Below are positions 24,701 to 37,488 of a DNA stretch of 64,000 bases, in pieces. The stretch is from NCBI RefSeq assembly GCF_006345805.1, contig NC_042997.1, positions 87,358,001 through 87,422,000 on the forward strand, read 5' to 3'. The DNA is from Octopus sinensis. Taxonomy: Eukaryota. A program made the position numbers and the translations under genes. Every line of letters begins with the position of its first letter. Positions within the stretch are counted from its first letter, which is position 1. Below the pieces are notes generated by a model, which ran no database searches, was not told where the DNA came from, and was given only the letters and a program-made list of their open reading frames with translations.

Positions 24701-27700
24701 GAAACTTCTCTATAATAAATAGTTTTAGAAAATAAATGTCTCTATTTGCATCCACCTGCTTTTCAAGCAGCTAAGGAAAGTATAAAGGCCCTGGGCTAAA
24801 ATAAAATCCATCCAAAAACCTTTATTAAAATTGCTCTTAATGTAAATATAACTGTTAATAAAAAAGTATGATATATATGATTGATGGAAAAAAATTATAT
24901 GGATTACTTACAGGAAGAGCTATATCTGGTTCTTCTGCTTTTAAATAAGCCAAACCCAATTTATATACAGCTTCACCAATAATTTTATTATCTTTACCTG
25001 AAAAACAGAGGATAATCTATTTAATATGATGTTATGTTGCTGTGATATATTACAGTGTTCATGTTGTATAGTGGTGATAGTGTGTTCTATGGAAATGATA
25101 GTCTGTTCTTTGATGGTAGTGGATAGCTGTATGATAGCAGAATATTGTTATAAGCAAAAAATAGTAGTGGTACTGCTGTACTCTGAGTTGGTACTGGTGA
25201 TATGAACTTCCAAATTTTTCACTGAGCTACTTTCAAATAAATTATAAACAATTTGACAACGAAATTCAATTAACCTTTAATGAGTAAGAAATGCTATTTT
25301 GCTATCAGATTGTAGCACAGTTGAGCTATGGCAACTCCAGCCAATCAGGGCTGGGCATGTATTAATACCAAAAGCAGTTCTCTACTCAAGAAGAGTTAAG
25401 CAGACGTTTCAGCCAGTTAGCAAAAAGACAACTGCACAGTAACTTTCACTGAGGTGGTGACCCTTTACTAACATTCTCTCTATAAACCCTTTGACATTCA
25501 AATTACTTTGTCAAATGCAATACTTACTCATTCATATTGTTTTGATTTAATTTTGCATTCTCTCATAGCTTCAAGATTTTGATGATGTTCATTTTTAGAA
25601 TGATATTGTAGGGTAGGTGTGAGGGACCACATCTGACCATTTTGAACATAAATCAAGTAGAACCTTTTGGGCTGGATATGGCTGGTTTAAATACTAAAGG
25701 GTTAATATTTTTCTTTTTTCTTGTTTCAGCTCAGAGCTGCGGCCAGGCTGATGCACCGCCGTTAAAAAAAAACGGATCTCGCGAGACGGATTCGAACCAC
25801 CGACCTAAGGATTACAGTTTATGATATTGACAATCTACAGTCCTCCGCTCTACCAACTGAGCTATCGCGAGAACTTAATGATCAACATTTTGAAAGAAAA
25901 TTATTTAAAATTAGTAATGATTAATTTCAGATCTGATGATAAAATTATAATCACTTCTTCAACATCAGTCATTATGAAGGACCGCACTGAAATTGTTCAT
26001 ACACATACTGAAGCTGAAAGAAATTACTTAGAACAAATTTTCTGAATGTTACTGAGGAGCAAGATAGATACATTAGCAAGATAGATACATCATTACAAGA
26101 TGGAATGATGATCTATTCGTCCCAGTCAAACATTAATTTTCTAAACATTTGTTTCTCATTTGCTCTCTTTAGAAAATTCATCTTAGTTTGTCTGAGTGAC
26201 AAACTAATTATATTTCCATTTCATAGTTGAGGCATTAGCAGATGGCCAACTGTAAAACCAAATGTTCCACCAGAAATTATTTTATGCTAGTGAGGATATG
26301 GATGTAAATTATAAACAAATGAAATAATATATTCAAATTTTCAACCATTTTTGCCAAACAGCAAATAGGAAATATAAGATTGCTGCCTAAACCTATACAC
26401 TGTTGAGAGTATAACATTTGATTTGAAGCTGCATTTTGTTACACACGAATTTCAAATCAAAATTCAATCATAGTTTTATCATGTGAACAACCAAGATTTT
26501 ATCCAATCAATGGTTGTTGTTTATGGGATCGTTTTTTTAGCCTGTCTGGAACTTTCATGGACAAAGCCTATAAGTACAATCAATTTAAGTGCCAATATCA
26601 CAGAATTCCACAGACATCAGAGCTGCTATGATGTTCTCCACTCTCACCAGTTTTAGAGTGTCTTGGCTTGAGCTTTGGATTACACACTCTTTATATAGCT
26701 ATTCTAACAGCTGCACATTCAATTGAGGATTTCAAAGAAGACATGACATAGCACCTGTATATTTGCTTAGTATGTAAAAACCAGCCCATGTGTTAAACTT
26801 TGAACAAACATTTTTCTTGCATATCATATTATGCTATTTCCACTTTACTGTTACTATTAATTGTAATGCATGAATATCCTTTCATACTAATGCAACACAA
26901 TAAATTATGTTCAAATGCTTGTGCTGTGTTGTGAAATTATTACAAGATATTTTCTGTAAACTTGGTTTTATATTGGAACAACATGCAGCCTAAACAATAT
27001 CCAGATACCTATCAACCACAGAGAGATTAAACTCTGGGTTATCCTTCTAGTTTCAGTATCTTTTGAAGTCAGTATAATGGATTCATTGTTTTTTCCCCAT
27101 TAGAGTACTTGAAATCAGCAGCACAAACTGTTGAAAAATAATACAGCATTTACATGGTTATTCAATCTGTTAGAAATAGCAACCAAATTCTCCTAAAATC
27201 ACAGCTTCCCCCTTTTAAAAAAGAAACAAGTTATATAACATAAATTTCAATATATTTTAAAAGACAGGATGGCCACAGCTGGAAAACTCTTTTTTATAGA
27301 TTTACTCCATCACATTGAATTGGGGTTAAACTACAACTATACTGTTTCCTTTCTGTTATGATACATGGTACACATACATACATGTACATGAAATGATGAT
27401 AATGTTGATGATGATGATCTAGTTCTCATCACTAAATCTATAGTGGAATCAGAGAGGGAATTGCAGGCATGGAAGCTAACCCCCCCACCTCTCTCACAGT
27501 TTCTCTTATCATCTCTCATATTTCCCGCCTGCTGAATAATTCTGTTGTTATTTTGCTCTTTTTCTGCATTGTTGGTCATCTAATTTTCCCTGTCCCTCAT
27601 ATATCATGGGTTGCCCTCCATTCCTTGTACACCAGTTACCACACCCACCCCTCAGCTCTACTCTTCCTTACTTATCATCCCTCAATCAACACTTGATCTT

Positions 27701-28674
27701 CATTCATTATATTCATCCCAGCACCCATTCCCATCTCTAACCACTTTACAGTGTAGACTGGATGCTTTTTCTGTGGCACCAGCACTGGCAGGATCACCAA
27801 GTAACTCTCCCACACATTCATGCAACTTCTATCTACCCCAACATTCCCAGTTCTCCTGTTCTCATTCACCTCTACTCACTTTGTACCACGAGGGTCCACT
27901 GTAACACTTTATCACCACTGTTTTCACCTCTTTCTAGCCCACTATGATCATTATCACCCTCTTCTCTACAATGTGAGTAGCTAAGTAGCACCTCCACAGC
28001 AACAGACCTATTCCGTTCAAGTTCCTTCCCCAACACTTTAGCCCCTCCTCACCTAGTGTTACACCAACACCATCTCCCTCTCTACTGTAGCCCCACTCAG
28101 TGAAAGAGGTTCCTAGTCTTGTAAGTTGCATGGCAATCTCAAAACTGCTGGTATCATGAAAAGAAGCACTCAGGACATACTGTGAAATGGTTGGCATTAG
28201 GAATAGTAACCAGCCATAGAAGCCATCTCAAAGCAGATATTAGTGTAAGATGTGGCCCTCAGACATGACAGATCCTGTCAAACCAGCTGACCCATCCCAG
28301 CATGAAATATAGATGTTAAATAATCAGACACACACACATGAAGCATGGCTCAGTGGTTAGAGCATTGAGCTCACAATAATGAGGTAGTGAGCTCAATACC
28401 TGAACTAGGATTGTGTTATGTTCTTGAGCAAGACACTTTATTTCATGTTCCAGTTCATTCAGCTGTAGAAATGAGTTGCAATGTCACTGCTGGCGAGCTG
28501 TACTGGCCTTTGCCTTTCCCTTGGATAACATCAGTGGTGTGGAGAGGAGAGGCTGGTATGCATGGGCAGCTGTTAGCCTTCCATAAACAACCTTGCCTGG
28601 ACTTGTGCCTTGGATGTTAACTTTCTAGGTGCAATTCCATGGTCATTCATGACCGGAGTGGGGGTCTTTACTCT

Positions 28675-28758
<84 letters not shown>

Positions 28759-28795
28759 CATGGTCATTCATGACCGGAGTGGGGGTCTTTACTCT

Positions 28796-28847
<52 letters not shown>

Positions 28848-31800
28848 TAATGTAATGGTGGTTGTTAAGGTGCTGGTTGCCAGTATGCAGGATGGAAGAA
28901 GAACAGTGATCGAAGTTTTAAGCAAATATTTATTTTCCGTTACTTTGTATAATGTCTTACCTCGATGGACAAGAGTGTGTATCATATAAAAACAATAGAG
29001 TTATCTTTTCTTGTATGTTGTTGCTGGTTATGTTTGGTCAACTGCTAGCTGCCCAACTAGGAATTAGAGGAAGATAGAGTGAATGTTAAATGTAGGGAGT
29101 CAATAAAATGATACCTTCATGGTGCCTGACACTTAAACAGCAGTAGTGTTGTGATAAGACACTGTATCATAGTTGACATTCTCACAGGTAAACCTTCTCT
29201 CAGTTGAATTATCTCACTAACTGGATTTTGCCCTGGCCACCCCTCTGTCATCTCCTTTTTGCCAACTAAATTTTGCTTGGCAATCTTCTGTATATATAAG
29301 ATTGCAAGAAAGAGTGACATACCATTATCCAAACAATGGGTATTTTGGGAGGTCTATTGTTCTGTCAATTTAAACACCCCCCCCCCCCCCGGCATACAAA
29401 AGGTTAGCAGGGGTCAAGTGGCAAAGACATAAATCGGCTTAGGGAAGCCATCTGCTGAATGTCACTCTTGTCATAATGTTTCTCCATGGAAAAAGTCCAT
29501 TGTACTGTTAAGTGAAATTTAGCAATTGAGGATCGAATCCATGCCATGCCTGCATGATCCACTACAATAATATACATGCACACATACATACACACACATA
29601 TTGTGAAGGAATCTGGCCTAGTGGTTGGGGTATTCGACTCATGATTGTAAGATTGTGGGTTTGATTCCTGGACTAAGTAGCGTATTTGTCATTGAGGAAC
29701 GTACTTCTTTCACATTGCTCCAGTTTACTCAGCTGTAAATGAGTACTAACCAAGGTCTTGCAGCCTTCACTTCCTCCAGCTATCATATCCTCAATGTGCT
29801 AGATCAAGAATGTGATGACCAAGAGGTTGTTTATGTCTGCTCTCAGCTACACAGACACCTAAAACAATTAGTGAAAGCATGGTACATGTTACCAAGCTAT
29901 ACTCCTTGTCTTTCAAGTTACTTGGTGATCCTGCCAGTGCTGGTGCCACAGAAAAAGCATCCAGTCTACACTGTAAAGTGGTTGTCTTTTGGAAGGGCAT
30001 CCAGCAGTAAAAACCATGCCAAAATTGACCTCACCTGTGCTGGTGCCACATAGAAAGCACTCAGTCAATTCTGTGGAATGGTTGGTGTTAGGAAGGGCAT
30101 CCAGCTGCAAAAACCCTGCCAAAACAGACACAGTAGCCTGGTGTAGTCTTCTACCTGGTTGACTCCTGTCAAACCGTCCAACCCATGCCTACATGGAAGA
30201 CAGATGTTAAACAATAATATGATGATGACATATATGTATATCTTACATACATACCATCATCATCATTATGTCTCTTTAAATATACATTTTTTTAATATAT
30301 ATATCATATATATCCATACACACACATAGGTAAACAGAGCCAGAAAGTATTAAGTGTCCCAGCTATGGACATAATGTTGTGTTAGTGACTCTCTTTGATG
30401 GGTTGTTTTTTATTCAGTTAGTTATGACACACAGAAAAACATGTAAAGGAAAGAAAAAAAATAATAATATTTACTTTCTACTGCTTTTTCATGAGCCTTC
30501 AGTAAATATTGTAAAGAACTGTCAAAGCGTTGAATCTTTTCCATGCTATTTGCAATAATGGTATAAATGTCACACAAATGAAGAGTTGCTTGGGTATTCA
30601 AATTAACATTATTGTTAGATACCCAGTCTTTATCAGTGGTTAAATGATAGTACTTCTCCATATTTTCCATAGCTTTGAAATATTCACCTGTAATGAAAAA
30701 TAAAATGTCACTTCCAAAAGATTTCTTACAGCAACAGAATATTCTAATTTCTCATATGTTGAAGACTTCTAACATTGGCACAAAGCTACAGATTGAAAGA
30801 AGGTAGTTGATTTAGATGCTCCTTTCTCTCTAGTATTTCATTGGAACTTAATTTACTAGAAAGGTGAAAAGCAAAGTTGACCTTTGATTACAGATTTGAT
30901 TTTGAAATGTAGAAGGATGAAGCTACTGTATTTAGTGGCATAGAAGACACATGGGTATATTAGATTATGCACTCCAATTTCAGCAGTGTATATTCAGGGA
31001 AAATAGTTTTTAGTGCATTAAAGCATGTAATATTTAAAGCAACTTCACATATAAGACCTGGGGTGATTTTTTTGAGACATTAAGATGGCATATAAGTGTA
31101 TCTTATGTGTTATCAAATGCAGTAAATTTTATAAGATATTTATACGTCGCATGATGATATAAGAATATAAGAACAACAGAATAGGGTGGTAAACTGGCAG
31201 AATCATAAGCAGGCTGGGCAAAATGCTTAGTGGCATATTGTCTGTCTTTATGTACCGAATTCAAATTTGTTGAAGTCAACTTTGCCTTTCATTCTTTTGG
31301 GGTCAATAAAATAAGTGCCAGTTGAGTACTGGGGTTGATGTAATCAACTTACCCTTCCCCTGAAATTGCTGGCCTTGTGCCAACATTTGAAACCAATATT
31401 AGAACAAAATCAACACTGTACCTGACTAACTGCTTCTAAGTTCACCCATGGCTCCCTCATATTTTATAGCTTATATCTTATTCTGAGCACTTTGTCCAGT
31501 TCTATAGGACTATATCTTTCCAAAATTTCCCATCCTGCCTACATTTCCACTCTATTAGATGATAATATTTAAGATTCAAACAACACATCAGTTGCCAGAG
31601 CAGAAATTTCATATCTGACTGTTCCAAATATATCAAATTTGAAGTAAAGACATTAAAAAATTCCAGTAACACTATGGAGTTCATAATAACCAGCACTGGA
31701 TGAAAGATAAATTTTCCCCAATATAGTATGCCAGGATAACCACAGTTAAACATTCTTATGAGTTCTGACACTTAATCTTGATGGTTTGGAGAGTTGAAGC

Positions 31801-32033
31801 ATATCAAAATAAGGTTGGTATTAAGTGTCCTCTCCAAATAAACAACAAAATGTTTGTATTAAGTCTAGGCCAACCACATGGTTTTGGGTTAAGTCCCACA
31901 GCATGGTACCATGGACAAGTGACTTATGCTATAGCCCAGGGTCAACCAATACCTTGTGAGAAAATTTCATAGATGGAAACTGTATTGAAGTCCACTACAC
32001 ACACACACACACACACACACACATCTGTATATA

Positions 32034-32069
<36 letters not shown>

Positions 32070-35000
32070 TGTGCAGGTCTTTGTGTTTCTGTATGTCTCC
32101 ACTGCCACTGCTTGACAATTGTTGGTTTGTTTACATCCCCATAACTTAATGGTTTTGAAAAAAGAGACCAAAAGAATAAGTACCAGATATGCCAAAACAG
32201 ACATGGAGCCCATGCAGCTTTTCAGCTGGCCAGTTCTTGTCAAACCATCCAACCCATGACAGTATGGAAAACAACCGTTAAATGATGATGATGATGAAAA
32301 CAATCTATCAGTACATACCACTATCTTTCAAAGAAAGTGCAATATTACAAAATCCTTCAGCATATGTTTTGCCTCCATCTGTTCGTACGAGTCGACTGAC
32401 TTCCAGACAAGTTTGGTGGAAATGGTCTGAGAGCCACTTGTCATCTTTACACGTGAAATAATTGGCAAGCCACAGGCGAGCATCATAAGCTTTGCGGTAA
32501 TCCTCTGGTGAGAGAAAAAAAAAAATATGTGAAAAGAACAGAAAATCATTATGACTATTTTAATCTGAATCATTATTTTCCTTTTTGTAATAGCACCTGT
32601 TTTTTTTTTTTTTAATTAAGGTTAAACGTTCTGCAAAATTGCATAGCAAATAAAAGTATGATGATGATGAGGATGGTGATGATGATGATGATGATGATGA
32701 TGCGGATGATGATGAGGATGATGATGATGAGGAGGAGGATGAGGATGATGTATATCAAACCTACTGTTTTTCTGTAGCTGTTGCAATCTCTCTGTAACAT
32801 AATTCAACATATAACACATACACTCTTTTGATCTGTGTGTGTGTGTATGAGAGATAGATAGATAGATAGATAAAGAGAGAGAGAGAGAGAAACTCAACAG
32901 TAATTTACTCATTAGATACACTTTTTTTTTACTCATTAGATACTTTTCTGACATTATTAAATATTTTGAAATGATGAACTAATCACCTATTTCTAATTGA
33001 AGTTTTGTAAAGACTCAAGTTCAGCTGATTTTACAGTAGTATCTAGTTCAATACTTCACGCCTATCAGTTCACATCACACAAGTATCAACAATTCCTTTC
33101 ATTCTTTCAAAATCAATAAAATAAAGTAGTATTAAAAGTTGTAAAGAATGCATATGTGTTGTAGAAGCTGCACCATCCCAAATGTGTGAGCAAGCATTCT
33201 TATTTCCGTTACTTACAACCTATACATTAATGAACTATTTACTCTTTCATGAGCCAACAAGTGGCCAATGTAGTCCTTTGATCTGTTAGAAATAGCAGCC
33301 AAATCTCCTTCAAATCATACACTACTTACTACCTTATATAAGGACTGAACATATTAGATAACATACTCCTTGAAAAAGGACACAGTGGACAATGTAGTTC
33401 TTAAAAGTTGAAATGATCACAGATGAAATGTCTTGAGCAAAGGTTTGATCTTAGATTTAAACAGTTTGTAACTAATAAAACATACTGATGCATAGATGAT
33501 ATCAAACTTCATCCCACCTTGACCCTATACACCTCATGCAAGGCATGCACTGCTTCCACAAAGAGACATCGAGAAAGTGAGTGCAGGACAGGTGCACAAA
33601 GACTCAATCAGCATACATATCAAGAGGTACATTATATCCTCCCTGCATATGATTGGCATGTAATCAAAGACTCCAAAGTTGCTACAGATGTTATGTTACT
33701 AGTGTAGCTAGAGGGGTGGGGCAGAGGGGAAAATTTGCCTCAGGTGGAACTTCTATCGGGGCAGCACCATTTTTGTGTCTGCTGTAGGCAATATGTAATT
33801 TTTGTATTATTTCAAAGGTGGCAAGCTGGCAAGCACGCCAGGTAAAATGCTTAGCGGTATTTCATCTGCCGTTATGCTCTGAATTCAAATTCCTCTGAGG
33901 TCGACTTTGCCTTTCACCATTTTGGGGTTGATTAAATAAGTACCAGTTATGCACTGATGTCGATGTAATTGACTTAATCCCTTTGTCTCCTCTATGTTCA
34001 GCCCCCTTTGGGCAATAAAGAAATAAATATGTATTTTTTGTGGGTGCCTGGGGGCATCAAACTGAAGGGCTGCCCAGGTGGCACATACTCTAGCTACAGT
34101 AGTGTGTTATGTGTCATAATCTCTGATATTTCATGGCAACTTGGCATATATTACATTGACAAATTGCATGTGTGTGATGATCTTCCTCAGTGCATTTCTT
34201 TTGCTTTAGTATCAGTAGATGATATTGCTATATGAGTCATGGCTTAGTGGTTAGGGTATTTGACGATTGTAAGGTTGTGAGCTCGACTCTGGTGGCGTAC
34301 TGCGCCCTTGAGCAAGACACTTTATTTCACACTGCTCCAGTTCACTAAACTGGCAAAATTAAGCTGCGTCTGTAATTCAAAGGGCCAACCTTGTCACATT
34401 CTGTGTCATGCTGAATCTCTCTGGGAACTATGTTAAAGGTACGCATGTCTGTGGAGTTCTCAGCAACTGTTAATTTCATGAACAAGCTACTCCGTTGATT
34501 GGATCTTCTGGAACCTTTGTCATCATAACTGGCGGAGTGCCAGACAGCATATGACAACCTAATGCATTCAGTTACTATCTTTGATTGTCTTGCTGTTTAC
34601 TTGCCATCATTTACTTAATAACATTACTGGCTCAACTGCAATCTTGGCAGATAACTCATCGGTCAATTCCAATTGTAGTAGTTTCTTCTTAATTCATACT
34701 CTTTATTCCAAAACAATAACACTTCCATGTGTGTTTCCGTTCACTACTGCTGAGCATAAGTACATCAATATTGTTTCAGAAGCACTTCTCCTAAACTATA
34801 TTCTCATCCATAACGACATACTGTCTTGCATGACACAAAACATTCTCATCTTCTGGCTAGATATATCTGATCTTTATCTCATCTAACCTCATGATATTGT
34901 CCCTTGCTCACTCACCTTTCTTTTGAAAAGTTGTGACAAGGAATCTAAAGATAAGATCAGCTTCTCTCAAAAAATAGGATAGAGGAATATGATAAAACTA

Positions 35001-37044
35001 CAATCAATGAGGAGACAGAAAAATGAGGCATGACTGATAATTTATGGAAGGGAAAGGGAAGTGGATAACTACTAGCTCTTGTGAAGCAAAGTCAAGATAA
35101 TAGATAGAAAGCAGCACTGGAACTGAAAGAATAAACCCATATACCAGGCTTTGGTAACTTCCTCGGTTGGTCTACCATAAAGACAAACAACATATGAAAG
35201 CTTTTAATTAAGAAAAGAAAATTAAGCCTAATGTTATAAAAAAATTGATTAAAACTTCTAATTTTCACCCTGATTGTTTTATAGGGCATTGACATAGTAA
35301 GTCTAAGTGTTGATTATACTGATACACTGGTAAAGACCCCATTTGGTCATGAATGACTGTAGGATTGCACTGAGAAAGTTAGCCTCCAGGGCACAAGTCT
35401 GGGCAAGGTTGTTTATAGAAGACCAGCAGTCACCCATGCACATCAGCCTCTCCTCTCCATGCCACCAATGTTATCCAAGGGAAAGGCAAAGGCTGATACA
35501 GTTTAGCAGCAGTGACATCACAACTCATTTCTACAGCTGAGTGAACTGGAGCAACGTGAAATAAAGTGTCTTGCTCAAGAACATAACACACAGTCCAGTC
35601 TGGGAATCGAACTCACTACCTCATGATTGTGAGTCTAATGCTCTAACAACTGAGCCACGTGCCTTCACTAATGCTTAGTGTACACTGGTACACTAGTGTA
35701 CCAGTGTACACTAAGCATTATACTTCACCATAAGGTCCCACACTGGTTGTAGTGTGGTGGCTTGCATGCCTTAATGACCCTGAGAGTCATACCAGCAAAT
35801 GCTCGACAGATCAAAGGAAAGAGACCAGATCAACATGGACCATTTCTTCCCAGAGGTAAAAATGGGTTTGTGCAGGGCCAACTCTGTTATCTAACAAATG
35901 ATGGGTTTCTTTCAGTTTCCGTCTGCCAAACCACCTACTCATAAGGCTTTGGTTGGCCCAAGGTTATAGCAGAAGATATTTGCCTAAGGTGCCACTCAGT
36001 GGGACTGAACCCTGAACCATGTCGTTGGGAAGCAAGCTTCTTATCACACAGCCATGCCTGTGCCTATAAAATAAATGTGTCCCAGGTGTGGATCGAACTC
36101 ACAACCTTCAGATTCCTATGATTTCATGCTTGATTATGAGACTGACACACTGCCTACTGCACTGATTCAAAAACAAGACCTGGAAGAGAAAGGCCTTCTC
36201 TTAGGGAAACATATAATGCAGTACAGTAAAATAGGAGGTATTCTGAGGTAAAGCTGAAAAAGCAGGGATCTAACAAGGAAATAGCCATAAAAACAGCCCC
36301 AGAATCAAGAATGGTGGTAAAAGAATTTATTGATGACCTTTGTTTCATTAGGTATACAATGTTTAAGTGTTGTTTACCTGATGGGTGTGAGTTCAATCTC
36401 TGGATTAGTAAATCTGGTTAAAGCAAAATTAGTGACATTTCAAGTATAAGAATAACTAATATGAGAATCTTCCTGGCATGAGTAATGGAGTGAAAACATC
36501 TAACCACATGATTTCAATAAAGAGTTTGGTTCAAACCTCAGTGAATGGTAACATGCATCTGAAGAAGGCCAGAGGGTATAATGACTGAAACATTGTGGCT
36601 AAAACAACCAAGGTGAGGACATTAGTTCAAATATATGCATTTAAGAATAATTCCTCTTCACAGATATTTAGACAAATACACACACACACACACACATAAA
36701 ATTCTGTATCTCATACTTAATGCATATATACTGTCGAAAGTCTGGAAATTGCAGTATTTATTTTGAGAAAGCATCTCATATACATGTATTGTGTTAAAAA
36801 ACACAGAAATATATGAGTAGCAAGTGAAAAGTGTTCAGTAGCAGCAGTGTTTGAACTGCAAAATACATATTTCTGCTTCATTGAGTGTCCTCAATAACAA
36901 GCGTTCACTTAGTAACCATTTGCTAAAGTGAGATATTTGCTTCCTTAAGATGAATACAACAGTTTCCAGGACTTCAACAGTATATCAGCATTATGTATGA
37001 TATACAGAATGCTATTTTGAACTAATACTGCTTCCATTGCTAAT

Positions 37045-37091
<47 letters not shown>

Positions 37092-37273
37092 AGAATTCAC
37101 GAAAAAAACAAAAGACAAAGACAGGTGGTGTAGAAAACAAACAGATGTATTAGTATAACACTCGGGAATTGAAAAAGTCTTTCACATTTTGTGCCTACGC
37201 TATTCCACAGAAAGGAACACTGAAAGAAACAAGGAGAGAAAAAAATGTGTGTAGTGGCTAGCGATCTATCATG

Positions 37274-37313
<40 letters not shown>

Positions 37314-37383
37314 TTTTTGTGGTTGAAACCTTTTGGATTTACTAGTGCTAGAGTGAGCCACATAGTGACCACTCTCTTATATT

Positions 37384-37444
<61 letters not shown>

Positions 37445-37457
37445 TATAAATATATAT

Positions 37458-37488
<31 letters not shown>

